This document shows positions 28,811 to 41,263 of a DNA stretch of 64,000 nucleotides, piece by piece. The notes beneath the pieces are model-generated. The model ran no database searches, was not told the DNA's origin, and saw only the letters and a program-made list of their open reading frames with translations. The stretch is taken from contig CM119268.1 of NCBI GenBank assembly GCA_051294375.1, forward strand, positions 5,316,496 through 5,380,495, given 5' to 3'. The position numbers and the translations under genes were made by a program. Within the stretch, counting starts at the first letter, position 1, and every line of letters starts with the position of its first letter. Source of the DNA: Paraspadella gotoi. Taxonomy: Eukaryota > Animalia > Chaetognatha.

Positions 28811-31800
28811 ATGATCAAAACGGAACCGAAAGTGATTCCCCTTCCTTTTCCCTCCTCGTCGAAACCGGCGTCGACTCCAGGCGCTTCTTCCCCGATCGGC
28901 GCTGCCGCTCCCACCGCCGCTGCTTCCGGTGCAGCGCCGACGACGCCGTCGAAAAACGCGCAACTCAAGGCCAAAGTGAGCATGAGCACTTGAGCAGTGC
29001 TGGGGAGAGAGGAAGAGAGAGACGTGGTTTGGGGTGGGTGGTTAATTCGCAGGAAGATATTTTCTCGAAGTAATTGATGAATGAATGAATGAATGAATTG
29101 ATTTAAATTCATTAACATAAATTTTTAAGAGTGATATTACGTAGGTAATAGCTCTCTATGTTACTATTGTTAGAAAAAGATAGAGATGAAAAGAGATTAA
29201 AAAAATGAATTCTCTAATTCGCTCTTTCAGGTAAAAAGCGTGGTTCTCTCTTCCTGGCGACAAAGATTGTCTCCCGTCAAATTCTCAATCGAACTGAAAA
29301 AGGCTTTTGCCGCCGCCGAAATCCCCCGCGGTTCCTCGGCTGCGGCGCCCTTCCCCGGCGACGCCGTAGATTTGGCCGATATAATCATCCGGCAGGTAAA
29401 GTTCCCGGCGGAAGGGGAGTGGAGTTTGGCTCACAGATTAAGAAATATGATAAAAATTTGCATGGGTAAGCTTCGCCACGTTAACTTGCATCGTATCGTA
29501 TCTGAGTTTCTCTCATACCTCCAAATTTTAACTTCTTTCCCCCTGCACCCCCACAACTTCGTCCACCACCCCCATCACCACCTTCAGGGCTTCATCGGGC
29601 CGGCGCCCAATCGCCTCCTCCTCTCTTACCTCGAGTTCTGCGTCGGTGGCGCCGTCGTCTCCTTCAAGTCCGTCCTCCGCCGCGCCCTCGTCCTCGCCGA
29701 CGTCTCCAGACCAGAGTGTCTCAAGGTTGTGATCTTTATTTTTGTTCCTCCTTCGTTACGCCCTCGCTGATGTCTGATGTCTTTGTCGTGGTCTTCGTTG
29801 TCGTCCTTGCTGTGGTCTTTATGGGATCATTTTTTTGTGGTCTCGTTACGGTTACGATGACGTCTATACCTTCTCTCCTTTTACGTTTACTTTATAGTAT
29901 TAGTATTACTATAAAGTAAACCTTAAAGCCTTTGAAAGGAGAAGAATAAGAATCATGAGCAGAAGCCAGCTTCCCAATTTCTCCATGGTTTCCTAACTTC
30001 ACCCCCTTTCGTCTCGTTCTGCTAATTCTCCCACTCTTCTCCCTCCCCCTATCTGTCCCCCTCCCTTCTCCTCCCTCCTTCTCCTTCTCCCTTTCCCTTC
30101 TCCTATTCTCCTTCTCCCCCTCCCCTTCTCCCACCAGGCTCTCGTCTCTCTGCAGCCGACTCCTTCGCCTCATCCAAAAGTCTCACCTTCGCCGACTCTA
30201 TCCAATTCTGCGTCGACAACTGCGTCGTCCTCGCGGAGACTCTCGATTGGACTCTCGACGCCCTCAATCGTCTCGTGACGGACGACGCCGTCTCCGGTTC
30301 CGAGTCCAGCGTCGAGGCAGCCGAGGCTTGCGCGTCTCTCCTGCGCCGGTTCCTCGACGACCCGGCCCTCGAGTCGCTCGCCCGAGTGGGATTCTCCGCC
30401 TCGGCCTCCTCCAAATCTCGCGCCGCCGCCAACGTCGAGTCGCTTCGAAAAGCCAACGATGCGAATCAGTCCGTCGTCGGCAGACTCTCGGAGCTCCTGC
30501 CCGCGCTGCCCGGCCTGTGGACTCAGAGGGCCGAGCCCGCCGGGGCCGCTTTATCCACTCCGCTCGAGGGCAAGGCCCTCGGGTTGCCCGTCTCGGCTCT
30601 GGTCTCTCTCGAGGCCTCGCTTCACCCGGTCGTACCCGCCGACTCCTTCGCCCGTCGCCTGGCATCCCTGACGATCCTCTCTGGCGCCTCGAGAGAGAGG
30701 ATCTTCTGCGAAGCCGTCCGCGCCGCCTTTCTCGGGTTGGTCGATGCTAAGGAGGGCGAGAAGGCGGTCGAAGAAAGGTGGGTGTGGTGTAAAAGTTCGT
30801 ACAGGTGGTAATAATTGATCAACGGAATCGGATGGTGAAGTCTGAAGATGCCCTTAACGTTCATAAGTCGTTTGATCTCTTCTGATTTCCCTTTTGCCCT
30901 TTCCTACCTTCCCCTTCCTCTATTTGTTCTTCTTCTCCGGCAGACGAATGGGCGAAGGTCACCGCGGCGCCAGCGAGGAAACGAAATGGTTAACCTTTAT
31001 GCTGCTGAAGCTTCCGGAGGCGCTGCGCCTGACGCAGCGCCTGACGTTGGTGGAGACGGCCTCCACCTCAGTGGAGGAGGATGATGACGCCGCCTTCAAA
31101 GGCATCCTCCTCTGCCTCACATCCACGGCGCTTGTCGATCTCGTCGACGCCAAGACCGGCGTTGACTGCGCCGCTGCCTTGCTGCGCCAGTTGGCGGCGC
31201 CGCGGATCGGCTTGCTCACCGAGGAACAGCGCCGGACGTTGCTGCTGCGGCGACACGGGGGAAACGAGTCGGCCGTCGTCGAGGCCTTGGGGAAGGAGGC
31301 GCATCCCCTCGTCAAGGTGAGGTGAAGACATAAAGAGCAGAGCATTGCCCATCTTTTCCCAGCAAATAGACTTGGTACCCTCAGTCGTTATTTAGTTAAG
31401 CCATTAACTCAGGTACCGGGCGCAATCCTAGCCCGGTAAGCGTGGTCGCTAGCTTCCAAGTTTTAAGGTTAATGGTTAAAGAAGTTACGGAAGTAAGCGA
31501 CCTATCGACTTAGCGCCTTAAAATCTCTCTCTCTCACCCTGTAAAAATATTCTTCTTCTACCGTCGCGTCGCTAGCGTCGCTAGAGGAGTAGGTTTTATG
31601 GATTATTAATAAGTATTATTATTCTCCTGATTTAAAATCGACATGATCTATATGTTCATCTTATCTTCAGGCGGAGCGCACCTGCGAACAGATCATCAAC
31701 ACGGTCTCCGTCGGATTAGCGGGAAACGAAGACCCTTTGCTCGGTGTCCTTTCTCACCTCAGCTTTGGAGACGGAATCAAGGTTTTTGTCTGTCTTTACA

Positions 31801-34800
31801 TAACACACATTACATAATACGGATTGCTTTATGTTAAAGTAAAACATCCCAAAAAACTAATAAACATTTCATATCAGTTTCCCGCCTTAGTTAATATATA
31901 ATATATATTAGACACATTTAAATCCGATTCTTTTAGATAGAAATCTCAGGAGAAGGCATTCTTTTTCCTTTTTTTCCGTTTTATCTGAATATATGACTTT
32001 TGTTAGACTTTTTTAAATTCTTGGCCCTTCCCAGGAGCGCCAAAGTGCCACGAGCGTCAAAATTCACAAATATTCGTAGATTTTTGACAAGTTCTATTTA
32101 AATTTAATTTTTTAATATAATTAGTTCATTCCTGACTAGAATATTGCATTGCAAGTTAGTTAATATATTAAAAAAATAGTTTTAGGCTGTATTATGTTTG
32201 AAAACTATTTTTACAAACCGGAAAGTTACCAAAAAACAGCAAAAAATTAGTTCTAAAGATACAAAACTATTATTTTATTTCAAAAGTATAATTTAAATAT
32301 TTTATTTAATTATTAGATATAGTTTAATTATGCAGACGCACAAGCCTTTTTACTTAACTTTGACGTTTTAAAATGGCTGGATGAACTTTCATTGTATTTT
32401 ATGTCAGATACCAAATCAATAATACCAATATATATTGTTTATAATAGAGAAATATAGTGTAAAGACATTACAAAAAATTAAATATAATTGTTGTTGTAAA
32501 GAACTTCATCTTTATTTCAAACTCAATTTAAAAAACCACGAAAAAAAAAAAATATGCAAAGACAAACAACAAAAAAAAGAGTGAATAAACAAAAAGTCAA
32601 TCTCTTGAACCCTTGAAACTTCTCTAAATTGTGGTGGTGGATGATCCCGACCACCACGGTCGCACAATGACTCCCCGGTCTCTACTCGCCGAGGAGACCT
32701 CTGGAAAAGCAATAAGCAACCAATGCCCTCTAATCACTGTAGCAACCAAATTTTTAAAATCAGACGGACAGGCCCTGCCTACCTTACCTGAAAAAGAGGG
32801 AACTGGCAGGTATTTAAAAGTCAATTGAAGTCGCACTAGATCTGTTCCTCACGGAAACATAACCTGACCAGTGACCCACATATAAACAGTTTAGTCGGTA
32901 AAGAAACTGAGGTTGACTTGACCCTCTTATGACCCAATCTTATCGGTACTACCTTTATTTGTCCACGTAGGGGTGGCTATCTTTATGTTGAGCTCTCTTT
33001 ATTAATTTTATGTTCTTATTATTTCCCTTCTATCTCTTATCTATCCTTTTATTTTTTAATACAAAATTTTTTTATTAAATTGAAATTTAGTTATGTTAGT
33101 TACTATTACAGTTTTTATAAATTTTTTCATAGTTAATATTTTCTACATTTATATTTAATAAATAGTTCTATTTTAAACAATTAAACTGAACCTAAACATT
33201 CTTTTTCCTTCATTTCCTATTCACTATCTCTCAATCTCAGTATTCCTAATAGTAATATACATCTTGAGATAAAAAAGCTGCCTGTTCCAGAAATCAGGAA
33301 TCCGTATGTAATCAAAAATGGACATAATAGTAAGTAATAAAAAATGATATCGAATGGGGGTCACCTAGATTGTAGCTTTAAAGCATTAAGAGAAATAAGT
33401 GTGTATATTGTCCATGTGGATTTTAAATGAGGATTGAGCTTTCCCTTCTGTCTGAAGCTGTCATTGTGGGTGACAACTTCTTCGAGAGAGGTCATAGTTG
33501 CCACAGGTAATAGAGGGCATTGGTTGCTTATTGCCTTTCCAGAGGTCTCCCTCTGTCTCAGCGAGCGGAGACGGGGGAGTCAATGTGCGGCCGTGGTGTG
33601 GTTGGATCATCCACCACCATGATTTAGGAAGGTTCAAAGGTTCAAGAGATTGACTTTTTCTTTATTCACTTTTTATTTTTTTTTGTTTTTAAATTGAGTT
33701 TGAAATAAAGATGAAGATGAACAACGATTACATTTTAATGTTTTTTTTTATAATGTCTTTACACCATATTTCTCTATTATAACAATATATATTGGTATTA
33801 TTGATTTAGGTATCTGACATTAAAATACAATGAAAGTTCATCAGTCATTTTAAACATCAAAGTTAAAGTAAAAAAGCTTTGCGCGTCTGCATAATTAAAA
33901 CAATATCTAAAAACTAAATAAAATATTTAAATTAAACTTTTGAAATAAATGATAAAAAAGAACATGTAACATATCTAACGAATTTTATAAAAGTATGGTT
34001 CGTAGCTTTAGAACTAATTTTTTGCTGTTTTTGAGAACTTACGGTTTGTAAAAATAGTTTTCAACATAATAAGCACCTAAAACTATTTTTTAATATATTT
34101 ACTAACTTGCAATGCAATATTCTAGTCAGGAATGAACTAATTATATTATAAAATTAAATTTAAATAGAACTTGTTCAAGAAATCCACGAATATATGTAAA
34201 TTTTGATGCTCGTGGCACTTTGGCGCTCCTGGGAAGGGCCAAGAATTTTAAAAAGTCTAACAAAAGTCATATATTCAGATAAAACGGAAAAAAAGGAAAA
34301 GAATGCCGTTTTCCTGAGATTTCTATCTTAAAAAGAATCGGATTTAAATGTGTCTAATATATATATTATATTATATTATATGAGTATATAAAAGCATCCA
34401 AAACAACAACAACAACAACGTTCCAATTTTCTCTTTTCCTTCTCTTATCCTCGACGATAGACCGTCCTTTCGGCGGCCGCCGCCACTTCCCGCCTTTCCA
34501 CCCTAGTCTCGCAGCTGGTCTCCTTGAACGAGCAGTGCCGCGGCGGCCCCGAGGACCACGCGGCCTCCGCTTCCGTCGCCGTCGACCGCACTCTCCTCTA
34601 CGACCTCTCATTCTCCGCCCTTTGTTACGTGCGCGCCCTCTTCGGTCGCGACGCCTTCTCGGAGTCCATCGACGCCGCCGCCAACGACCCCGCCCACTTT
34701 ATCCGTTGGGCCGATGATTTTTTCCCTTGTCCGTCGACGGCAAAGAACGTGGAGGCGACGACGACGACCCCGGACTCTCTGCTCCAACAGCTCGTCAGCT

Positions 34801-37800
34801 CCAACGGGGTGACGTTGACGGCGCCGTCGCCGTCCCGCCTGTCCGACTTGGTGGACGCTACGCCTTTCGCCGTAAGGGAGTTGTTGACCGCCTGGGAGTC
34901 GGGGGCGGTGGGAGTCGATCTCGTCATGTCTTGTTTGGAGAAGCTCAAGGTGGGAGGAGGATTTAATTGTTTTTCTCATTTTGATGTTGAATGTTTTTAT
35001 GATTTTGCGTTTGATGTCTTCCGATGTTGATTAACGAAGACAAATTGACCGAATGAGGCGACTAATTTGTCAAGTCTAAGCTGGGACAAAATGGAAGCAT
35101 TTTTGTCGGTTCGTCGGTCCCACCCCAACTGCTTGTCGGTATGACGCTTATATCTTGTCAGAACATCGAATTATGATAAATTAAAGAAAAAGATGTCCGT
35201 CCGTCCCCCCTTAGCTTTGAACGCCAATTACTCCTTAGTATATGGGGCAATTGACTTAAAATTAATGTATGTGGGTAGGAAAGTGTGTGATTGAGCCGGA
35301 AACCAAGTTTCGATGGAATCGTCTGAGTGGAAATGAGTTTAAATGAAAAAAAAACAAACCTGTTTCACTAATTGATTAATGATTATGCTTTTTCTTTTTA
35401 TATTAAATGTAAATGCAAGATGTTTTAATTAATCAAATAATTAATCAGTTAATTAGTCAATTCGTTAATTAATCAGTCAATTAATCAATCAATTTATCTA
35501 TTAATTAATTATTAAATTTATTTAACAATTAATCAATCAACCATCATCGTCGTCGTTGCTTTTATCTTGGTCAGTGGTGAAAAAACCTAAAAACAAATAT
35601 GTCGATCAATTAATTTATCAATTAATTACCGCTAATGATCGTGGGCAGATCCGGTATTGTTTGCTCAAACTCCGCCTTTGTCCCCTAATATCTCATCAAC
35701 ATCTCATCTCTTTCTGTCTCAATCGCTTGTCAGGCGTTCTCCTGCCTCCCTATCACCGCCGCCTGCTGGTTAATCGGATTCGCCGCCAGCCTCCCGGACG
35801 AGCGACGCGAGAAGCCAGTCTTCATGGTGCAACAACTTCTCTCCTTCGGCGCCACGCCTCCCGGGAATCTGCTCAAGGATTATTCCAAGTTCTACTCTGA
35901 GAGGACTAGGATCGCCCATCAGGTTTATAAAAACTTTATACATATGTAATTAAATAATGATTCAAATTAATATTTTCTTTCGATAATACTGTAACTGATC
36001 ATCACCTATAAAAGACTTTAAGCATCTCGAACTCCCTCTCTAGGTGCTCACTCTGCTTCATCGCGAATTGGTGGCGCCGCACGTTGCGGACTTTGACCCC
36101 GTTTCATCGACGGCGCCGTCAAAGGGAGAGGCGGCGTCGAAAGGCGCCGCGATAGTTTCGACGCCGGGAACCAACGCGAACGTCATGCGCGCGGTTTTTG
36201 CCGGTTAATATTTTTTTATCGTTCTTAGTTCTTTAATATTAATCTAATGAGTAAACGAATTCGTATTTTCGTGTTTTCTTCCCAAACTCTCTTCGGTGTC
36301 TTTTCCTCATTCCTCATTAAAGTTTCTCCATTACTTTCCCTCTCAAAATCTTTTCCCTTTTTCTTACCGAAATCTCATCCACGCCCTCTCTCCACCCCCC
36401 CCCAACCCCTCTTAGATTGCCTCGATCGGGGTTGGCTTTCCATCCGCGGCGCCCACCAACTCGCTCGTCTCCTCGAGGTCAGCGGCGCCCGTTGGTTCTC
36501 CGCCGGCGTCGCTCGGATCCTCCTCGAACAGTTTTACCAGAACGACCTCAACGCGACGGCCAATCTCCTCGCCGCGTGGTTTAGGCTGAGTCAGGTGTGA
36601 GAGGGAGACGCGAACAGACGGAATGACGAATAGAGAGACTGAGAGGAAAGATAGATCTAATCTAGCCAGCGAGTCCCACGTCGAGTTGAACTAAGGTCTT
36701 TCGAGTTAGGACAAGACAGTGATGGAGATTTGAAATTACTTCCAATTTCCATATTTTCCCCCCCCTTTCCCCCTTTCACCTATTTCCTCCCTTTTCTCTC
36801 TTTCCCTCTTCTTAAGGAGGATCTCACCGCCGCCTTGGTGGGCGTGGCCATACCCGAAATTCTAGACGCCGCTTCTCCCAGCGGCGGCGCCCCCGCCTCT
36901 TCCTCCGCCGGCGTTCAAAATCCTCACGCTCGCGCGTTGGCACGACTGTCTGTCGCCTGCCTCGTGGACGCTTTCTCTGATCGAGATTCTCTCCCTTCGT
37001 CCGCCCCTCGGAAACGCCCTTCCTTCTCCTCCGCCCTTCCACCGCCCCGCAAACGTCTCCGCCTCGAATCTGCCGATCAGCGAAATCTCCGCTCCTTTCT
37101 TGCCTCCGACGATTCCCCATTCTCCGACGAAGTCGACGCCGCAGCCGCCGCCGCCGCTGCAGCCGCCGAGACTCTCGACGTTAAGCCGGACATCAAGCCG
37201 GACATCAAGCCGGACGTCAAGCAGGAGGCGAAACCGAATCCGGCGAAGGAGATGGCGGATCCAATGATGTCGGCGTTGACGGCGTTGTTCGATTCCTTCG
37301 TCAGAGTCCTGGACGGCGGAACCATCGACTCTAGACTGCTCTTTGTACTCTCGTTTCTCGAAGAGGCGGCGAGAAGTGGGCAGGTTGGGTTTGTTGTCTT
37401 CTTTGGTTTTTGTAATTTTAGATTAGAGACACTCTCTAATAGAGAGTGTGGAATATAATACGTAATAAAATTATCATATTTTTTCTTTGGGAACCAAAGC
37501 TTTTTTAGGAGCCGTAGCTTCCTGAGTTTATACGCGCAGTCCGCTCAAAGGGCCGTGCCGGGGTCTCGTGGGCTTTCCGGGTCTATTTGTTTAAGTAATA
37601 AGTAATAAGTTTATAATAGTACTTGCATAATTGGTAAGAAAATACTTATAAATAGTAATAACATGCTTCTAAATAATAAATTCGTTGTTACAGGCGCGCC
37701 GTATCCTCGCGCCGGCGCCGCTGCGTCTCTCGGCGAAACTTCTCGCCGCGGCGCCAAAGGAAATGTCTACGCAGAAGTTGATGGCGATGGGAGATCTGGC

Positions 37801-37861
37801 GTCGGAGGCGGGAAGGGCCGCCGCCGCCGTCTTGCTCCACGTCTATGGCGGCGCTTTATAA
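28811..37861 (+). CDS. MED24: Mediator of RNA polymerase II transcription subunit 24, spliced
   Basis: Exons ~28811-28975, 29231-29395, 29588-29725, 30138-30777, 30944-31316, 31671-31781, 34461-34949, 35734-35922, 36044-36203, 36416-36594, 36817-37383, 37694-37861. Motifs SWRQR, DLADIIIRQGFIGPAPNRLLLSYL, EETKWLTFMLLKLP, RTLLYDLSFSALC, ELLTAWESG, DRGWL and C-terminal DLASEAGR. One apparent 1-nt frameshift near 30150. Confidence 0.88.
31893..34378. mobile_element. Foldback-type non-autonomous DNA element with ~850-bp inverted arms in MED24 intron 6
   Basis: 31893-~32745 is the reverse complement of ~33497-34378 (e.g. GGCCCTTCCCAGGAGCGCCAAAGTGCCACGAGC vs GCTCGTGGCACTTTGGCGCTCCTGGGAAGGGCC). ~750-bp spacer. 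Ends are embedded in TA-rich sequence and no transposase ORF is present. Confidence 0.88.
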
Positions 37862-38251
37862 AGGAGACGGCGGACGAGCAGTTTTGGGGATGAAATGGAG
37901 TCTTGAGAGGAAGCGCTCTTTGCTGACTTCTTACGTTAGACGATGTAAAAACTTTCTTTTGAACTCATTCGCCATTTTAAGTTTAAAAAAGAGAGATTGA
38001 AATGTAAACCTTATTTCTTTTTTCTTGTTTTTCGAATTTTACACGTTTACAACAATAAATTCTTTATTTACACATCGATGCGCGATTATTGTTATTTCAA
38101 TTTTTCAACTTTAGAACGTAGAGCCTGTTAGGTACTCGTGATCAATTCAACTTGTGGATCACGAAATCTATAATGCGCCAAAAACACAAGTAGCGCTAAA
38201 AACTACCATGTCGCATGTCGAGACGAATGTCAATGATCTCTAGACACCGCT

Positions 38252-40863
38252 ATGTCTCTCTTAATCTCTTCGCCCCTTCCCGTCTCAACCCCTCGACTCC
38301 GCCAACGTCCAACACCCCCTCCAACAGACGTCCTTCGCCTTTCGCCGACTCTCGAGTCGCCCGTCGACGTCCTCGACTGGGTCCTCGCCGTCGCCAGAAA
38401 GATTCGCGCCCTCCTGAGTCGCGCCCAATCGCTCGTCGGTGGCGTCGACGCCTCTTTCCTCAAATCCCACGATGCGCTCGAAGGCGCCGCCCATCTTTGC
38501 GACGCCGTCGAGGAGACGGAGCGGCTCGTGTTTGGTCTGGAGGCTTTCCGTAGCGCCAAGGGATGGGCGGAGACGGCGGAAGTGAACGCGGAGGGCGATA
38601 ATTCGGAAGTGGGACGGTGGGCGGAGGTTGGGAATAGAATCGTCAACATCGCCGTCGCCGCGTCTGAGATGGAGTTCTTATTTTCCTCTAGAGAGACGCG
38701 AATCAAAAGAGAGACCCTCGAGTCGCCGACGGACGACGCGTCCTCTTTCGGCGACGACGTGAAGCTCGATCCGGCGCTGTCGTCGCCTCAGGCTCCCGAT
38801 CTCGTCGAAAACGAACGCCGAATCGCCGGTCGAGAAGCACGAACGCTTTCTCGCGGTCGCGACGGAGGATTAGACGGATATGCAACCGACTCGACCAATC
38901 CATGGCCCGTCGACGACGACGACGACAACACCCTTCCATTCAACGCTCTCGTCTGCGACCTTTGCGGCGAGATCTTCGCGAGCGACGACGCCTTCCAGTC
39001 GCACAGGAAATCATCGCACCTCGGAGAATTAAAAACTCGGCGCGGCAAGGCGCGCCGCGTTCGAAAGGGCACGGTGCGGCGAGCGAAGTCGGCATCAAAT
39101 GCTGCAGTAGACACCGGGGAGGCAACTGCTGCTGCGGTCGCTGCTGCTGAAGAGAAAGACGGAGAATCCGATTCGAAAACAGAGGAAGATCCGGAAAAGA
39201 CTTGTCAATTTTGCGGAAAGAAATTTCACAAGGGAACTTACGTTTTGGTGAGTCGAGGTGACGAGCCTCTTTTTAGATCGGTTTAGATATTTTTGAATCA
39301 TTTTTGTCGAATGTCGAGTGTATTTGACCGAAGAAACTTAGTGCTAAGGTCCCTGTTGTGAAATAATATCCAAGTAACGTACACTTTAAAGTATACGTAT
39401 TTATTTCTAAGGAACACATCAAGCGAGTTCACGAAAAACGCCCCCCTACCCACCCTTGCGACATTTGTGGACGGAAATACGCGTCCAATCAAGGGCTTCT
39501 TATTCACAAGGTAAGGCTTAATTCTGATCAGAATGTAATGGCCATGCCATGGAGTTTTTCTTCAACCTTTTCTTAATTCTTATACCATTTTTTTCCAATT
39601 TTATTCTTTTTTTTCTTTTTTTTTTCTTTTTCCAGTTTTTCCAATCTCTTCTAATTTTTTATGTCTTCTCCTTTCCCTCGATAGGAAGTCATGCACGACG
39701 TTCGCCGCCAACGAAAACCAACCAAAGACTCTTCCTCCGCTTCCTCCGCTCTCCTCGACGGCGACTTTCGCTGCGCCCCTTGCGGCAAAGTCTTCAAACA
39801 CCGCATGTCATACTCGTCCCACGTGAACCGATTCCACAGCGCCAACCCCCCAGCTTATTACCGCAACCTTAAGTTCGTCTGCCCTTTTTGCGGCGAGGAG
39901 CGCTCGGGCAAATACGGCTTGCAGAAGCACATCGAGACCGTCCACGAGCTCAAGAAGCACTCCAAGTGTCACATTTGCGGCAAGGAGTTTTCTAAGAAGC
40001 GTTCCGCCCAGGAGCACATCGACAGCGTCCACTTCAAGCTGAAAAAGCACTCCTGCGGGATTTGCGGGGCGGTGTTCGGGACGAACAGGTGAGTGGAGGG
40101 TAATGAGAAGGAAGAAAAAAGGGGGTTATAGATTCACACATTTTTAATCTGATGATGGTTTTTGATGTACTTCGTAATTCTGAAAATGGGGGGAAAGAGA
40201 GTGGGTTTAGTTTAACAACAAAAATTTATTTTATATAAGTACGGAGTCGAGGAAACATTTGGCGTCGATTGACCCACCACTAATTGGGGCCTTCCAGTCA
40301 AATCCCTACTTTTAAAAATGCAATCACAAACTGAAACTTTCAGGAATCGCGACTCTCACGTGCAACTGGTGCACCTTAACATCAGGAAACACAAATGTGA
40401 AACGTGCGCGCACTCGTTTAGCCGGAAAAAGCAGTTGGAGGTGCACGTGAAAAACGTGCACCAAGGAAGAGGCGCGACGGTGGGGATGGCCGAAGGCGCG
40501 GCGGTGCGTTGCGGGCGCAAAGAGAAGCGAATCGATCCTCGGTGAGGGGAGAGAGAGAGAGAGAGAGAGGAGGGAGGAGGGATTGGAGGGGATGGTGTAA
40601 CTTCACTTATTTGTTTTTGTCTATTTTGTGGTAGGGCTATATTCAATTAGCCCCTTATGGAATACTTTATTGCATATTTTTTTAGCCCTGTCCCTGAAGC
40701 GAAATCGCTTGAGTTACCTTTGTCTCTCGACGCTAGCGCCGCCATCTCAGTCAAAACGGCCGCCGCTGCCGCCAACTCCGTCACTACCGCCGCCACAGTC
40801 GCCGCCAACGGGGTCATGACGCTTCTACCGTTGGGTTCGACTCTTGAGACTAAAAATTTATGA
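38252..40863 (+). CDS. C2H2 zinc finger protein (8 fingers), spliced
   Basis: Exons ~38252-39247, 39412-39510, 39685-40088, 40344-40541, 40686-40863. Eight CX2CX12HX4H fingers reassemble across the introns (e.g. CQFCGKKFHKGTYVL|EHIKRVH). Confidence 0.88.
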
Positions 40864-41263
40864 GTCTCTTGTGGTCGTTGACTTTGTTGTTGTTAGCCTA
40901 TTCCACTTCTCGATCGGTGTCACAGAGAATCTTTTTTTTCCCTCGACTCGATCGTAATTTTTTACTTTGTTTTATTGATTGAAATTTTAGAAAAGAATTA
41001 AATGTTAATAAATCAAATCTTGCTTATACGAATCACCGCCTTCTACCCGAGTTTCTAGATTACAAGTTTTGCTTATTTTTATGCCGACTTATCGGATCTT
41101 AAATTATTATTTAAATTTTTCTAGGAAAGAAATTCATATATTTTACATCGTTTCTCAAACATTTTTACACACCGTTAACGGCGTAGAGGATTTCATCCTC
41201 ATTCCATCTCATCGTTCGACCCTTACCTATCATTACCTTAACAACACTCTCTGGGCGTCGAGG

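Noticed and set aside
32624-33622. Short ORFs in the foldback element as transposase
   Set aside because: Under 71 aa, mirrored by the inverted arms, and no DDE motif.
37505-37615. 3' end of a non-LTR element with a (TAAGTAA)n tail
   Set aside because: Single short copy in the window, so it cannot be supported without a search.
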